NCBI GenBank assembly: GCA_047495785.1 | Contig: JBLDXI010000032.1 | Span: 4,030,001 to 4,094,000 of the forward strand | Direction: 5' to 3' | Origin: Lepidodermella squamata | Taxonomy: Eukaryota > Animalia > Gastrotricha | Length of the DNA stretch: 64,000 nt | In this document: one piece after another, positions 61,523-64,000 of the stretch | Numbering within the stretch: position 1 is the first letter of the stretch | Layout: the number at the start of each line of letters is the position of its first letter | The notes under the pieces: generated by a model | Seen by the model: the letters and a program-made list of their open reading frames with translations, nothing else | What the model was told of the DNA's origin: nothing | The model's database searches: none | Translations under genes and position numbers: made by a program

Positions 61523-61600
61523 TGAAGCTGCTTAGATCAAATTTGGCGATTCAAATGCGAACAAATTCTACTCATCGCCCATCGATTTGCTGCACGAATT
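61523..61600 (+). pseudogene. Decayed fragment of the ankyrin gene 3' end, carried by the GPCR duplication
   Basis: tgaagctgctt...atcaaatttggcgattc...ttctactcatcgcccatcgatttg matches 56462-56560 with deletions. Confidence 0.8.
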
Positions 61601-61871
61601 TCCATACTTGAAAATACATTCTTTGAGAAAGCTTCAAGTTCCAATAAAATAGAGACATACCTTTACCTTGTTCCTTATACTTTCATCGCATTATGTGGTA
61701 TTTTGGCTAAAAGGTGTAGAATTTTAGGTTCCTTGCTCAAATCGGAAGTGCGCGTCACGCATTGGCGAAATCTTCAACTACACAGACAAATTCAGCGCAC
61801 GCTTTCCTGACTCGGCATTGAAAGATCTTTCCTAAAAATCAAATACGCGAATTTTTCCTTATAGAGAAGAT

Positions 61872-64000
61872 ATGATAATTCAACTGATAATTCTCATTCT
61901 TGCTTTCTCCGAAATCGTTGCGATATTATACAATGAAACCTCCATTTTCAACTCAGTGGTAAACATGAGTTTTCCTATGCCCAAATACATAGCGGGGCAG
62001 AGCTTCGATAACATCTCGAATCGAAAGGTCCTTACCGTGTTAGCTTCAATGAACTATGGCGGCGAATACCCTGCGGGCCCACTTTGCACGAAATCGGTTG
62101 AAATAGCACTGGATCAGCTGAGAAAGCGACCTGATTGGTTGATCGATTACGAACTAGTGATCCAGCCTATTGATGATCAGGTATAGGATATCCCGCAGAA
62201 ATTATCACGGATTCTTATGAATTTATTTTAGTGTAGCGATGATGCTGCGATTTCAGTCTTCATGTCTGAAATGGAGAATAATGACATTGCATACAATAGG
62301 CTGCCATTCGTAATTATACCCGAATGTATAACGTTCGGGCAATTAACCACTTCGGCTTTGACTAAGTATTACAATTTTGTTGGGGTTAGCAGCAATTATT
62401 TTCAAAAAAATATAATCGGGCTAAACTTTCTGTTTTGCTCAGATTGCTTCAGGGCAAGGATCTTCAATTTTAACAGATGATCGAAGTCGCTTCAGCGAGG
62501 TATTCAGCTTGGGAATTCCACCCGAACAAGTCTTCGTAGCACTGCTTGACTTCATGTCAGCTTTTAATTGGCACAGATTCGCACTTCTATCAGAAATAAG
62601 TTCCTACTTCAACGAGATCGATCGATTCCTTCCGGCGTTGCTGGCACAGCGTGCAATGAATTTGATATGGCTGGGGAAAGTTACGTACAAATCGACTAAT
62701 GCTGATGAAATGCTGACAGCGTTCCAAGAAATGGAGCGGTATGGCCCGCGAATCGTCCTGATCCACAGCGATTTTCCAGTCTCTGTGGCTTGTTGGCTTG
62801 CTCGATTCGGATTTGCCGCGCCCAATCGCGTGATTATTCAAACTTCATGGAGCTACTTTGACCCTCTCACAGCCGAAATTCCCGAGTATGTCCGTAGCTG
62901 GTGTTCAGTCGAAATGTTGATCGAAGTAGTCAGAAGTTCGTTCTACTTCGGCGATGGAATTATCAAGGATATAAGAGGCGACGAGGCACTCGATTCGGCC
63001 GGATTAGGCGGGTCTGAATTGTTCGAAAAACTCAAGGAGAGAGTGGTAGATGCAGAAAGCGATTTCTCCTTCTACATTTGGCCTCCGTTTTGCTACGATG
63101 AAGCCCTGTTTGCAGGACTTGTTCTGAACGAAGCCGAAAAGGTGCTGAAACAAAGTAATTTTCATAACTCCTAATTTTTCGTAGTTTAACTCTGTACCAG
63201 GGAACCAAACTTTATCAGACTGGACGACTGATTCAGTGAATTTCCAGATGAGAGGTGCAGAGATTCGTGATGTTTTGAAATCGGCGATTTATGCCACCAG
63301 GATGAATGGGTCGAAATCTGAAGTAATCTTCGACCCCAAAACGTCTACGAACAGCTTGGGATACACTCCGATAACATTCACGCAGGGGCAGTGGAACGGC
63401 AACGAGAGTGATAACGTCATGTTTGGATATCATAAGTCGAACGAGCGAGTTAATCCTGTGATAATAAGTCATGATAAACTTGTCTGGAGGACTGTCGACA
63501 AACTTCCTCCCAAAGATTCCATCAGAATATTTGATGTCGAAATCGACCCGATATCATCGAGCAGGAGGTTAATTTTAGAAAGTAAGGAATCTTCGTCGTT
63601 TAAATGTATAATATATTAAGCTCCCTTAATTTTCTAGCCATCAGTATTTTAATCCTGATAGTGATTTTCTTGCTACTGATTCTTTCTGCGGTTGCGTCAA
63701 GGAAAAAACTAAGGTGTATACGAGGAAGAATCTTGCAGTTTTCAGTTTGGGATGCTTCGGTCCTCATTGGAAACATGTTGATGGTTTCTCATGCGTTTGC
63801 GATTCCTTCGTTCGAAGCTATATCGTTACGTTGCTCTATCATGGCATGCATGATTGTGGTGGGATCGGCTATAATATGGATAGGTTTATTCTCAAGAGTG
63901 TTTGCAGCTTACATAACTGCAAAATCTAAAGGAGTTAGAAGAACTCTTAGTCATTTACCAGCAGCCTACTTCAATGACGCTCGAATTCCGCAAAACTATC
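61872..64000 (+). CDS. Second class C (GABA-B-like) GPCR paralogue, truncated at the right edge
   Basis: Same exon structure and high similarity to 57011-59847; 7TM exon starts near 63638 and reads open to the window end. Confidence 0.85.

Overview
Eukaryotic (animal) genomic DNA from a compact genome: short GT-AG introns of about 45-130 nt, AATAAA signals, no prokaryotic features. The window holds a minus-strand tandem array of nine Cys-loop pentameric ligand-gated ion channel (pLGIC) subunit genes: seven at 1-17.3 kb (the first truncated) and two at 42.8-48.5 kb. All are non-alpha (no loop C vicinal cysteines). The array is split by a 25-kb plus-strand block of about 27 small, apparently single-coding-exon secreted-peptide precursor genes (17.7-42.5 kb). 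Nine of these form an unrecognised Cys-free cationic family with an SNNLG motif; many others carry KR/RR processing sites. Three more peptide genes sharing an RRY..IFS motif follow on the minus strand. Between channel genes sit an intron-containing Tae2/Dae2-like cell-wall amidase (probable bacterial horizontal transfer) and a RING-finger gene. The right end has an orphan secreted protein, three copies of a candidate structured RNA, an ankyrin gene, two duplicated class C (GABA-B-like) GPCR genes and MITE-like elements. The main hypothesis is a physically linked orphan-channel plus peptide-ligand (or defence-peptide) supercluster. Exon boundaries, start codons and family calls were read by eye with no database search; the organism cannot be determined.
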